64,000 nt of DNA. It comes from Mytilus californianus (taxonomy: Eukaryota). A program made the position numbers and the translations under genes. A model generated the notes under the pieces. It did not search any database. It was given only the letters and a program-made list of their open reading frames with translations, and was not told the DNA's origin. The stretch's first letter is position 1. Each line of letters starts with the position of its first letter. Below, in pieces: positions 22,201 to 36,300 of the stretch. The stretch is taken from contig NW_026262690.1 in the NCBI RefSeq assembly GCF_021869535.1, positions 92,380,001-92,444,000 on the forward strand, read 5' to 3'.

Positions 22201-24279
22201 TAAGATGGACCAAAATAAAATAACTGATTGTGATAAAGCACAAAATTAATGTTAAAATGGCATGTCTTTTACCAGGTGAGTGATTCAGGCTCTTATGAGC
22301 CTCTAGTTTAAATAATAGTGCTTATTTATGGTCTAAATAACTTGATTCCAATGTCAACTTCATTTAGATATAAATTCAATTCATATATTTACAGGATATC
22401 AGTGAAAAGATTGCAAACTTTCAACCATCTATAGCCCAGCTGAACCAGGCAGTTGAAAGATTAAGAAGTAATGGCCAGAATGTCGAGGCAGATGAGATAT
22501 TACAGCTCACGTCACAGTATGAGATGGCCATGGATAAGGTAGAACAAGAGAGTACCAAATGTAAACAGGCAGTGGCATTCAGACAGAACTATGCCACACA
22601 GAAAGCCCAGTTAGAGGCAGCTGTACAGGAGTGCGAGGATGAGATGAATGAGGTGGCTCAGTCAGGCATGCCTATTGGTGAAAGGATTGAAAGGTTTAAG
22701 GTTAGTTTGAGTAAATATCTTGTAGAAATGAGCAGCATTTATAGTGAAAACCACAAATTTGTTTTAAATAACTTTTTGAAAAATATTTTATATGCTATAA
22801 ACTGGGAAATTTAAGGGCTGTCTTTCATTGGGCGATTTGGTGACTCAATTCGAATTTGCAATTTCATGGTGGTATTTGAGTATCTACGGTCCTAGTCGTA
22901 TGAGTCTAGTTCCCACATAATATTCACGGTAGTTTTATTTTTTTGTTTCAACTTTTACCGTGAAAATAGAGAAAATAAAACTTCATAAAAAATTTCTCTG
23001 TTTATAGAAATCAAGAAAGGGAAATAATTTGGACTTGAAGCAGTATTTTACAAAAAATGCACAGGGACATACTCTTGTTTTCATTTTTTTTTTTAATTCT
23101 AATAATTTTTTTATACAGGCAATAACAGAGAAATTTCAGTCAATAGAACCTCTATTTATGGTTGTCAGTGATAAAGCCCAGCAACTGAGTGTTGAATCTG
23201 GTGAAGATGCTCGTCCAATCACAGACAGTGTTCAACATTTGAAATCTCACATGGATCAATTAAAGAAGCAGGCAGATAAGAAAACAAAACAGTGTGATAG
23301 AATACAGAAATCACGAACTGAGTTTGATAATTCCATTGATGATGCTATTTCATGGTTAGAACAGAAGGAAGATATTTTAGCATCATGTACTGCACAGGAA
23401 ATGGAACCTGACAAGGTCATGGGGTCATTACAGAAACACAATGTAAGTATTGATGTTGATATCCTATAAGTTGACTTCAAAAGATATTTTTTTATTGAAT
23501 TAAGAAGACAGATATTAGGATTAAGAAGTCAGACAAAAAATGAAGGACAGAGATTAAACTTCCTGATACAAAATAATTTTTATACAATTTGAAAAGGCAC
23601 CTACGTTGACCAGTAGATATGAAGATATTCACGTTCTGGTTCTTTGTATAAACTTACTTTTAATAGAAAAAAATGGAAGAAAAAATTAAACAATTCGATG
23701 TTTTTTCTTTTTAATGTATCTAATGAATTTCATTTGGGCAAGAAAAATATTTTAAATATGGAAGATGTCATGGTAGTTGTATGAACACTTTGAATATCTC
23801 TGACATGAATATGTTATAAAAATGTATCATGCTTACAAGGAGTATTTGCCAAAAATGCTGGTTGAGAGGTATCAAAATTTCTAAATCTGTTTAGGCGAGG
23901 GAAATTTGTTTACCTCGAAACCGGTATTTTTGGCATATACACCTTGTAAGCATGATATAATATTTTAATTCCACTGAATGTTCTTTGCATCCATCTCAAA
24001 GAAAAGTCAAGAGGTTTCGGACGTCACATTATTTTTAGACATGGTATTTCCCATCTGCCGTGGTATTTGATAGCAAATACCCCGGCACATGGAATTCCAT
24101 AATGCCAAATACACTGGCAGAGAAAAGAAAATCTCAATATATAGAAAATTTGTGAAAAATACCATTTCTCTCATCCAATCAAAATACAGCATTATTACAC
24201 AAGGTGGAATTATAAAGAAAATACTAATTTGATAAAGGAGATGAGATATGAAGTATTATTACATGAGATTGAATGATTG

Positions 24280-24312
<33 letters not shown>

Positions 24313-27300
24313 GGTTGCTTAACATCCAGTGCTATTACTTGAGAGAGACATGCTTTATATATATGTTTTACATTGTAGGCATTAGCTAGGGAGGCATTAG
24401 ATAAGATAGCTGCTGTCAAAGATAAGGCTAAGTTAGAGAAAGCTCATTATGAGAAACTAGGAGAACCTATTCCAGCCACCATGCAGGACAAACTCAATCA
24501 AATACAGAGTCTAGAGGATTCTATCAAGGTAAATGCTGGGGAAAGTTCAAGCATCAAATGATGCAACAAATGAAAAAAAGACTTTTAAGACACTACACGT
24601 AAAAATTGTCAGTCTAACAGCTTTAAACAAAAAGAGATATTCATGATTTGAATCATTTCATTTCTCTATTAGTTTCCTTATACATTGTACATATTTTTCC
24701 TTCCCTTTCTTTACCAATTTATATCTCATTTGTTGTTTCAGCAGAAACTAGAATGAGTTCAACTGTAGTGTAAAAATGTTCAGAGTTATTACCATTTGGC
24801 TTATATTAACATTATTTTTTCTACTGTAGAGTAAAAATGTTCAGAGTTATTTCCCTTTGGCTTACATTAACATTTTTTTTTCTATACAATAATGTTAAAA
24901 TTAGAACTTTTCCATGTTATACAGGAAGCAATTGCAAAGAAGGACAATTACTTAGAGGAGGCTAAGACAGACAGAATGCAGTTTGAGATGTCAATGAAGC
25001 AAATAAATGATTGGACAAGTGGTGCCGAAGAAATGTTAGACTCAGGATACGATGGACTAGATTATGACACGTTAACAGATACACTTAGTGAACATAGAGT
25101 AAGTTATATAGTACTCTGGATGTTGCTATGAATAAGTTGAGATATTGGATATACATAAATTGAGATATTGGATATACATAAATGAGATGGCAACTTTAAG
25201 GTAACACTACATTAAAACAAACAATTTACAAGTTTCCATACCAAAAATCACACTCTTAATCTGTTTTTTAATATACTGATTGAAAATATGCAGACATATA
25301 ACTATATTTTTAGAATACACAAAATGCTTTACAATTTAAAATTTAGATAATATATGATTAGAATAAGAATATGACAATAAAGTACATGGGAAATTTATTA
25401 CAACGAACAACAAAGTCTTCAAAAAAAATTAAAACCTGCTGTGGTTTGAGACTTTTTAATAAAGTATTACAGAGATTGAAAGAATTTCTTTTAGCCTGAA
25501 GGTTTAATAAGACAGTCAGTTTTAAAATGTATTTGCTTAGTCTGATTATGTTTACCTTTGTTATTATTTTTAGGACTACTTTTCTGAAGCCAGCATGTGT
25601 CAGGATGAAATGGAACAAGTTATGGAATTATCAGAACGTCTGCTTCCCACTTTAGATAATAATGATAAAGAGACATTACGACAAACTCTGAAAAATACAA
25701 ATAAAAAGTTAGCTGATGTCATGGCAGCCTCACAGAGACGTCAACAATCATTAGAAAAACATGCAGAAGACTGGCAAGATTATAAGGTACAGTAATTTCA
25801 GACCTTTCCTCTGCTCCAAGAAAGAAAAAAAAACAGTGAAGTCTTGTAAATAGAAGTTAAGAAAGGGATGTGGTGATTTTAAACTATATAGCAGTATTTT
25901 TTTTTCAGTAATTAGAGATGAATAAATCAAATGTTAATCACTCAATTTAACTTGGTGAGAACTTTAATTGGCTGAAATCTTTCAGGAGTTTCTCCAAACT
26001 TCAAAGTGAATAGCAGCTCAAGTCTGAATGGCAAATTGCCTACTGTTGTAATATTTTTGTTGTTTGCATATACCTTGTTAAATTTTTTTATAAGTCATCA
26101 ATTCTTTTTTTTTAAAGGACATGGTTTTCAATGTGACTGAACAACTTCAGGACTTAGAAGAACAGTGGACCACATGTGAACAGTTGCCAGTTGCCAACCC
26201 AGTCATGGTTCAACAACAACTGGCAAAATCAAAAGTAAGGAACCTAAGAATTTTAATAGATATTATTGCATTAAAACTTTTGATAGAATGATGGTTGTAA
26301 AATTGAACCCATTTTAAAGATTCACAAATAGGAAAGGAAGTTTGTGTAATTTCAATTTACATCTTTTACAGTAAAGTAACTCTAAAATTTATCCTCAACA
26401 ATAGTGAATTTATATCAGTTGCTGTAAAATCAGAGGTAATTGTGTGCTTTTACGAAATTGAATTTATTATTTCAGTAAAAATATTAAAATTGATTGATTT
26501 ATTTTTATACGACCGCAAAAAATTTTTCGTCGTCTGGCATCATCGTCCGAAGACACATTGGTTTTCACACTCTAACTTTAGTTTAAGTGAATGGATCTCT
26601 ATGAAATTTTACCATAAGGTTCAATACCACAAAAGGAAGGTGGGGATTGATTTTAGGGGTTATGGTACCAACAGTTAAGGAATTAGGGGCCAAAAATAAG
26701 CATTTTTGTAACTTCCAGACATAACTTGTGTGTTAGTGTATGGATCTCTCTGACATTGTACCACAAGGTTCCATATCACAAAGGGAATGCTGGGATTGAT
26801 TTTGGGGGTAATTGCCTCCAAATTTTAGGAATTAGGGGCCAAAAAGGGGCAAAAAACAAGCATTTTTCTAGTTTCATGACAATAACTTGTGTGTAAGTGT
26901 ATGGATCTTTATGAAATTGTACTACAAGGTTCCATATCACAAAGGGAAAGCTGGAATTGAGTTTGGGGGTAATTGCCCAAAACGTTTAGGAATAAGGGAC
27001 CAAAAAGGGGCAAAAAATAAGCATTTTTCTAGTTTCCAGACAATAACTTGTGTTCAAGTGTATGGCTCTCTCTGAAATTGTACTGCAAGTTACCATACAA
27101 CAAAGGGAAGGCTAGGATTGAATTTGGGGGTAATTGCCTCAAAATTTTAGGAATTAGGGGCCATAAAGGGGCAAAAAAACAAGCATTTTTCTAGTTTCAG
27201 GACAATAACTTGTGTGTAAGTGTATTGATCTTTATGAAATTGTACTACAAGGTTCCATATCACAAAGGGAAAGCTGGGTTTGAGTTTGGGGGCAATTGCC

Positions 27301-30300
27301 CCAAACGTTTAGGAATTTGGGGCCGAAAAGGGGCCAAAAAACAAGCATTTTTTTAGTTTCCAGACAATAACTTGTGTTCAAGTGTATGGATCTCTCTGAA
27401 ATTGTACTGCAAGTTACCATACCACAAAGGGAAGGCTGGGATTGAGTTTGGGGGTGATGAATCATAAGGGGGTTCAAAAAATTGGGGGGGGGGGATTTTT
27501 TTTCCTTTTTTTTCTTTAAAATTTTCCATTTTAAATTGGTTATTTCTAATTTTGACATATAAAAGCAAATAATAATGATATGGTTTGAATAGGTAAATTA
27601 AAAATTTTTAAGTTCTTAGACCACATTCATTCTGTGTCAGAAACCTATGCTGTGTCAAATATTTAATTACAATCCAAATTCAGTGCTGTATCAAGCTTGA
27701 ATGTTGTGTCCATACTTGCCCCAACTGTTCAGGTTTCGACCTCTGCGGTCGTATCAAGCTGCGCCCCAGCGGAGCATTTTATTAATTTTTTGTATATTAT
27801 AAAAATTGGCATTGTTGATAACATGAATTCTGAATTTTGAAATATATACTGGTACACTTTTACCATCTTGGTAACTTTCTTTATTCTGTAATTCTACCTC
27901 ATTTGTTTCATTATTATTCAGTTTTATTTTAAAATTTGTATTTTTCTCTTATAGGATTTCCTCGCCAAAGTTGAGGAAGTAAGAGGTGCAATGAGTGAAA
28001 TAAATGACAAGTCACATGACCTAGACAAGGATGGTAATGCTGGTAGCAGGTCCTTCATTAACAATCTGGTCGATGATCTCAATGATAGATATAATACATT
28101 AACTACTACAACAGAAAATAAACAAATGACTCTACAGGTATAATTTTAAAATACTTTTATTAAGTGTTACAAGTTAGCATGGGTTTTATGGTTTAAGAAA
28201 CACAAAAATTTTAAAATACTGAAATAGCATGCATTTTTCCCAGTACTGGTACATGTATTTTGTTCTGTGCAAAATCTAAAGGTAGAAATTCAATTTTTCC
28301 TGAACAAATTCAATATTTCTTGAACACATGGTATATTTCCTGAACAAATGATATAGAAAATTAAAAAAAAATGGAAACAAAAAAATACAAAAAATTGTAA
28401 TCACAAAGTGAGGTGAATAGTGTTTATGAATAAGAATAAGAATATTTATTGAATCCAATAAAAAGGCCCGTTTCTGAGCATATACACATATATATATATA
28501 GTATTAATTATACATTGATTTTTAAGATATAGTACATTAAAAATAAATGATTAAATAACAACACTCCATACCAGATGGTGTTTGAAAATAAATAAAATAG
28601 AATATTAACTCTCTCTTATTTCAAAACAAGTCTTGTATATGTGTTGCAAATGACTTTCAGTATGGTAAATAACATTGTTTTATGACTATGCATTTTTTTA
28701 TACAAGTAAATTATATTTAGAAAATATTCAACTAGTATGCAAACAGAATTGTTGGATTTTTTTCTCTTTTATTGGGAATAACCATTTTATATATACCGGG
28801 TAAAGCAAATACTGATCTTGCACAATTTTATTAATGGCTCATGTTAAATTTATACTGTAAGCATATTGGTCTTAAAGTGTATTTAACTTACATTTACAGA
28901 ACTTGAAGGGAACGTGGGATGAGTACACCACCCTTTTAGAGGATGTAGAGAATCTAGTCAACACAGCTGAACAGAGACTACCTACCATTGAGGTAGAATC
29001 AGCACCTAACCATGAACTACTGACACATCTCAATGAAACCAAGGTTTGTTTTTATTTAAAGTTGTGAACTGTAGGGAATATACTTTTAACAATTATAGAT
29101 ATCAGATATCAGAATAGAAATATATTCTTCTAATATTGCCAAATTTTTGTCAGCTTCACCTGAACTTAATATAATCAAGGCCCACCATACAGGGTGAAGT
29201 GGAGACAAAGATCTGAAATGGTTTGACCAAAGACCAAAGGATATGGATGTAAACAACTACATGTTATGGTTTGGCCTTCATCGATGAGCAAAACCTGATA
29301 GAAAGCTATAAAAAGGCCCAGGAAACAAAATATGAAACAGTTTTATTCTTGCCTTTCAAGCCAAAAATGCCAATGTTGCCGGCAAAAAAAGTTAAACAAG
29401 CAAGAGCAGTTAAATAATTTTTTTTTGTTTTTTTTGTTAGGGAGAAAAATTAACAATTTTTTTAGTAAAATATTCTAAAATTCATTATGGATTGACTTCT
29501 GAATTACAAAAGTCTTATTTTTGTTAATTAAGCAAATCTGTACTCAAATCCAAGTGAGTGAGCCTAAGATAGAGGCATTGAAGAGATGTACCGAGAACTT
29601 ACAGAGAAGTCTACCTACTGCTGAAGCAAAGATTCATACACAAGAGAAACTCATGAATTTGCTGGAAAAATTGGAAAGGTAAATACTATTTTTTAGTTTC
29701 ATGTAAAATAAAGTAAAAAAGTGACAATTTTTTTATCTATGTAAGTATTGTATTGAGTTATTCCCCTTTGAATATACCAATATTAATTTCCAAGTATTTA
29801 TTGATGTGAAAGGAATATTGGTAATTTATTCCATTTGTAGTGTACGTTAAAGTCAACCACTTGATATAGGGGCAATTGCAATGGGTTAAATCAAATAAAA
29901 GTGAATTTCTCCAAGCAAATTAGAATGGGCATTTGTTTCGCTGAATTCTAAAATGCCATTCTAGCTCTACACAATGAAAATAATCATGAATTCATTATGC
30001 TACATAATGGTATGTGTATGTGTACAAAAATTCCAGAGAGCTCCTTTGGCTGTTTTCTTCTTTTTTTTATAATAACTTATGCATTCAATTTTATTTGCAG
30101 AATACAAGATAATGCTAATGAGTACCATGTAGCCTTACAAGAGGAGGTGGATGACAGAGGAGCATTCCAAACTGAGGCTGACCAGACTGTCCAATGGCTG
30201 GCAGAGGCTAAAATGGAGCTAGAAAGATTGGATCCTGGTAAAGAGGTGGCAGATGTTATAGAAAGAATAGAAAAACAAAAGGTGGGTACCAGGTACCGCA

Positions 30301-33300
30301 TAAGCATTTCAAACAACATAATTATATTTTGAATAGTGTTTTAGGTTTTTGAGGGTTTTTTTTATGTTTCTGAATATTTAACACAAAGCCCTTTGTCCAA
30401 TGCAAAGTTTGGCACATGCCAAACAGTGCATAACAGATTTGAATTTTTAAAGCTGATATTCCTAGAGAAATATTTTAATGCAAATCTTCTACATAAAAAC
30501 TTGCTAAATTATTTCATGATTTTTTTTCTATTTTGTTTCAGGTATTACAGCAAGAAGTTGCCATACGTATGGACCAAATGGAGCAAGTCGCTCAACAGAA
30601 AAAGGCAAAATATAATGCATTAGGCAAAGACTTGCCAGAGGAACTTCTCAGACAAATAGTAGATATGAAAGCACTTGAAACAGATGTTGCCACTGTGATG
30701 AAGACAAAAGGAGAAGAATTACAGCACATTAAGGCAGATCGAGAGGAAGTCACCTCCTCACTTAAGGATGTCTCCCTCTGGTTGACTGATGCTGAACTCA
30801 GACTACAGGATAGAATCATCAACATCCCTGATAGTATTCATAATTTACAAGTAAGTTGTTTACAGTTTATGTTTATCAAATGATATTTCATAGCCGGCAA
30901 AGCAGAAATTTATAACACTAGATTCCATTCTTAGTAATCTGTTGATCATATTTACAAATGGCATGTATGTCCATTTTGTCCATTTATGTGCTTTCGCTGA
31001 TTAATTGATCATTTCTTTGGACTCCCTCAGCTGGCTTGGGGTAGCATGCTTACCTTGCAGGTGGTTGTTGGTTAGATCCTCAGCTGAGACTTCAAAATTG
31101 CTATTTGCATGCAGATCATATGGCAAGTTTTTGCATAAAGGAGTAAGGCAAAGACTGGTCGCCCTGGAGAGAAAATAATGTGTTTTAATTGGGTAGCCTT
31201 TCTTATTGAGAACATATACCTTGTGAGCAAGCAGATTTAAAAATATGTGTCATCTCATTGAACTAGAACAAAACAGGGTTCACATTCATATTTTATTGAC
31301 CTGTGATATATCACCTGTGACCTTAAGCAGTCATTAATCAATCAAATCATGATTTGGTTGACCATTATGAAATATCTTTTCGTAGATGACCATATATATA
31401 TTCCACTTGTCATAGTCACAATCCTGTACTCTTTTCTTGACTTTGATTTTCATGAATATGACTTATCGCATTATTTTTACTTACCATAAGATTGATTGAT
31501 TGATTGGTGTTTAACGCCACTTTCAACACTATTGTGCTATTTCATGGCGGTCAGTTTTTATTGGTGGAAGAAGCCTGAGAAAACCACGACCTTCGGTAGG
31601 AAAACACAATCTTAGTCAATTAAGATTAGAGTTGAGTGCACCCGCACAAGCGAGTTCGAACTCACAACCTCAGTGTTGACTGGCTAGTGATTACAGTAGT
31701 TGAACTACTTTGACCACTTGGCCGCTGAGGCCCCTCTTACCATGATAAAAACAATAAATGACAGTAGCTTACTGTTCTGGGGCACCTGAGTTAAGTTATT
31801 TTTTTAGTTTTTAGTGGGGTTTCGTGTTCCTCAATCTTTAAAGAAATTCCTTTTGAATGAGATTTGGTGGGCTAACTTATCCTTTTGAATGAGATTTGGT
31901 GGGCTAACTTATCCTTTTGAATGAGATTTGGTGGGCTAACTTATCCTTTTGAATGAGATTTGGTGGGCTAACTTATCCTTTTGAATGAGATTTGGTGGGC
32001 TAAATTATCAGTGATTTTGTTTGTTATAATGTTTTGTCATATTTATGCCAATAAGTTGCATAAATCTAAAAAATGTAATGAAGTTTTTTTTGTGTTGCAG
32101 TTGTCACAGAAACACATATATTCTTTGACTGGTAATTTTTGCAAGAATTTAGAGGTCAAAGGGTTGCCTAATTGATATGTGGTAACTTTTTAGGGCTATA
32201 TACAGATGACTATATTTCTTAGGTCAAACTGACGTAAATGTTTGTTAATAAAAATTGAAAAAAAATTCACATTCACAGATAGGTTGTGAATTCTTCCCTA
32301 GCTTTTAATTTATAATTATCAAAGGTTGGACTATTATTTATTTTCTTAAAAATTAGGTCATCCTGACCTATTAATTGAAAAGGTTATGTATCTTATAAAT
32401 ACATTGTGGAGGTTGCATTAACTTTGGATTGTCAACTCATTGAATTTGTTTTCTTAAACTAAATATGATTTATTCATTTAAAACAATGGTGTCTTTTTTT
32501 AACCCAGCTGCATAAAAATTAATTTTTCATAAATTTTATATATTTATTGAATTCTTTATCTTATTCATATGATATTTTCCTATGCAATTACTTTTCATTC
32601 ATGTTGAAATGGATCAAAGTAAAACAAATATCAAATTTTAATTGAATTGAACAAAAATCATGTTTTTTTTTTATTTTTGAGCAGAGAGATCTCAGGTTTC
32701 AGTCTTTTTATTAACCATGTAATTCTATAGTTCAGATTAAATGAGTCGTACTTTTGATATTTCCTCCATTCAACGGAACATTTATTTGAACAGTTTATCT
32801 CCAGATAATGTCTCACTGTGGAAAGTAAAATTTATGATAAAAATTAAAACCTAGTTAATTAATTACATGTTTTAAATTTAAATAGTAAGTACGAAGGTTG
32901 TTGTGTATTGGGGATATTTAAATATTTCAAAGGATTTTTGTTAGAAAAATAACTGAATGTCAGACTTCAAATTTTATCTCAAATTTCACATTAGATTTAA
33001 AGAACTGTAACATTGTTGTGTTTGTTTTTCTGTACTATATGTGATAATATTGTGGTTCCATTCTCAAACTATAGTAATGGTTGCTATAAACATACAATTA
33101 TGTGACCGTCTGCCAAAAGAAGATGCAGATATTTATCAAGGCATTATCAGCATCATTTGTCTTATTAAATTTAAACCTTTTCATTGAGAATTAACACTGT
33201 TTTACTCAGGTGTTGCAATCAGAGTTTGATGACATTAAACCTGTCCTGGACAAATTACGTAAACGAGGGAGTGATTTGATCCAACATACCCCAGATTCTA

Positions 33301-36300
33301 TAGAGAAGCAGCTTGTTCAAAAAGCTTTAGCTGATACTAATCGTCAGTGGCTAGCGGTACAAGGGAGAACTGCTGAGAGGTCACGTAAACTAGAAGACGC
33401 TAAGGACTTGTTGCAGAACTTTGATGAAGTTGCTGATTCTTTAGAGAAGTGGTTACCAGGTGCAGAGTCTCTTGTACAGAAAGATGCTACTTGGAGTAAC
33501 TTTGATACTGTGAAAGAACAATTGAAACAGCACAGGGTAAGAATTTTAACACTATTAGAATTATTAGAGAAGATGCATGGTGAAGTTTTTACTACTAGGG
33601 GATGTTTAATGACCTTGACTACCCATGCGGGTCTTGCATGCTCTGTGAAATTTTTGCTCAGTCTTATAGAACTATTTACAATGTCTTAAGAGAACTGCAG
33701 TGCATTTAATTTCTATCGACAGCAATATGAAGATTCAGTATTTTATCAAAAGTATTCAACATTAAGGTGTTATATTGCAAAGGAATGAATTACCTGTTAA
33801 AGTGTCATGCCTAGCATAGCCAGTGTCCAAATTTTCCAAAAAATTTTGCAAGTTTACAGAAAATTATGATTTTCACAGATTAAACAAATTTTAGCAGCAT
33901 ACCTATTGAGCGTATCATTTTCTTAAGATTGAAACTTGAAAGTAACAAGCTGCAAAGTGCTAAATAATTTGTTTGCATGCTATTTTTTTTACAACATAGC
34001 AAGTGGTCCACATTTTTTCCGTGTACAATTTTCTCATAGTAAAAGTAATGATAATGTAGTCCTGCTGACTTTGCACAATTTTATTTTCTAAACTACTGTC
34101 GAAGCATTGAGATTTTTGAGTCTAAACATTTATAAATTTAATTGTTTTGTTTTTGTTATACATTGTAAAACACAAATAAAAACAATTTACCAATAATTAT
34201 AGTTTCATTCATGTTTATTTTGGTTCCTTTGTTAATACAAATTTTTCAACTTGCTATTTGAATAATTTGAATACCTATATGACTTAAAATATAGTTTATT
34301 AGTTACCTGTTTAGAAATATTCAAGTTCATATAGAGCCCTCAGAAACCTGAAATGACCTTCCTCTTTTGAATATGTCCTCTTGATGAAAATCCATTAAAA
34401 AATTAGAATATTTTTTAATTTGATTTAAGGTGGTACCCAACACCTTGACATATATTAATCTGGCTCGTTTAATTTTCATAAAAATTTGACAAAATGTTTA
34501 CTTTGACCCTTTGACAAAAATATAAAAATTTCAAAAAAATTGAACCAACAACTTTATCAGAAAAATTTCATTGGTTATATAGCAGTTTGACAAACACTAA
34601 TTTTGATCATTGAGAAGCTTAATATTTCCTTAACAATACAACGTAATTAAAACGTTTAGCTGATTTTTACAGAGTTATCTCCCTGTAGTGTTAGGTACCA
34701 CCTTAAGAATAAAATGTCAAAATTAATATTGACCAAGGGGTTTAAGGATGTTCGCTCCTCTTGTTTTTGAATTTTTGCCAGATATTCGGAATCCTCTTGT
34801 TTTATCCATGTAATGCCAATAAAAATCTTATAAAATCCTTGTTATTTTTTCATAGTTTTTGAAATAAAAAAGGTGCCAATGTTAAATGTATGAAAAATCT
34901 AGAGAGAATTATTTCCCGCCAAATTTTCAATGGCTTATATCTCGAAAACAAGCACAAGGACCCTTCAATTTTTCTTCTGTTTTAGTTTCTTTAATTATAT
35001 ACTATCAATTTATAACAGTCTTTTAAAAAGTTTGTTATTTTGAAACAGAATAACGAACATCCTTAACTTGGCTTATGATGCCTATCAGCGATATCAAAGA
35101 TATGATTAAAATTAAAGATATACTAAGTACATAATTTGTAATTCATTTTACATGTATGAATGGTAATCATAATTTAGTTATTTATATGTCTTTGCATATA
35201 TTGACACACATTGTGCATGTTCTATTTTAGATTCATATGTGCAGAAATGTTGCAATCAAATATTTTACCGATTTTAATATAGAGTTAGTTTATATTGTAA
35301 AAGTCTTTTTCACTAATGATATCTAAAAAAACTTTACCGGTAATTGAATTCATCTGTTGATAACATTTCACATGAAGTTGAAATGTATTTAGAAAGACCT
35401 ATTGCACTATGAAAATTGGACTGATGTATTTAAGTGTCTTGCATAAAAAATATATTGTTTTAAAATGTATTGAAAAGAGCTTTAACCTTTTTTTTATTTT
35501 GACTGAATGTCTTTTCAGAGATAGCTATGTCAAAAATATAAATTTAAAATTAAAATTAATCATGTCTTTCTTTTATTTGACAGAAATTGACCAAAGATTT
35601 AGACCATCAGCAAGATAAACTATCTAGTCTAGGAACAATTAGTAAAAAGTTAGATCAGATTTGTGACGCCACATCTGCAAGAGATAGACTGTCTAAACTG
35701 AATAAAAGAATGTTTAATTTACATTCCAAAGGATCGGAGAAACTGAACACATTAGAAGAAATCAATGACGATATTGACGACTATGAGGACGAGCTTACTC
35801 GCCTGAGACTATGGATGGATGAGACGAGATCTCATCTCACTATGAGAGATACCACATTGACATTGAAAGAACAACTAGCAATACAAGAGGTAAGACAAAT
35901 CTCATAATACTGAAATTTTTAAGAACATCCAGTAATGCGAGAACTATGCACTATAATTAGACCATTGAACTTTTGAAGAACATCAAGCTATACAAAAAGT
36001 TTGCAAAATTACACTACATTGAAAACTTGCAAGAACAACTAGCAGTATTTCTTTAATTAGCAAAGACATAATTAATAATTAATAAATAACATTAAACACG
36101 AAAAGGCCTGGAGGCTTTATGATAGATAAATGTATGGATTTTGTGTCATGAATTATTATACATTGTACTCTATCTTTTTTTTTATTTCTCATTACAGTTC
36201 TCTTAAAGATAAACTAAGCAACAAAAAAAATAGACTCATCAAGCTAATTCTTGCATCAATTTGCTGTTTACTTTAATTAATCAAATGATTTCCACTTAGT

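Noticed and set aside
26442-27568. ORFs of 62-108 aa within the 161-bp array
   Set aside because: Chance frames in tandem repeat DNA.
31849-32008. 32-bp repeats as a CRISPR-like array
   Set aside because: The units are contiguous with no unique spacers, and the context is a eukaryotic intron.
33537-33689. ORF read-through past the donor of exon 33210-33536
   Set aside because: A strong GTAAGA donor and in-frame continuation at 35584 explain it; the tail is not spectrin-like.
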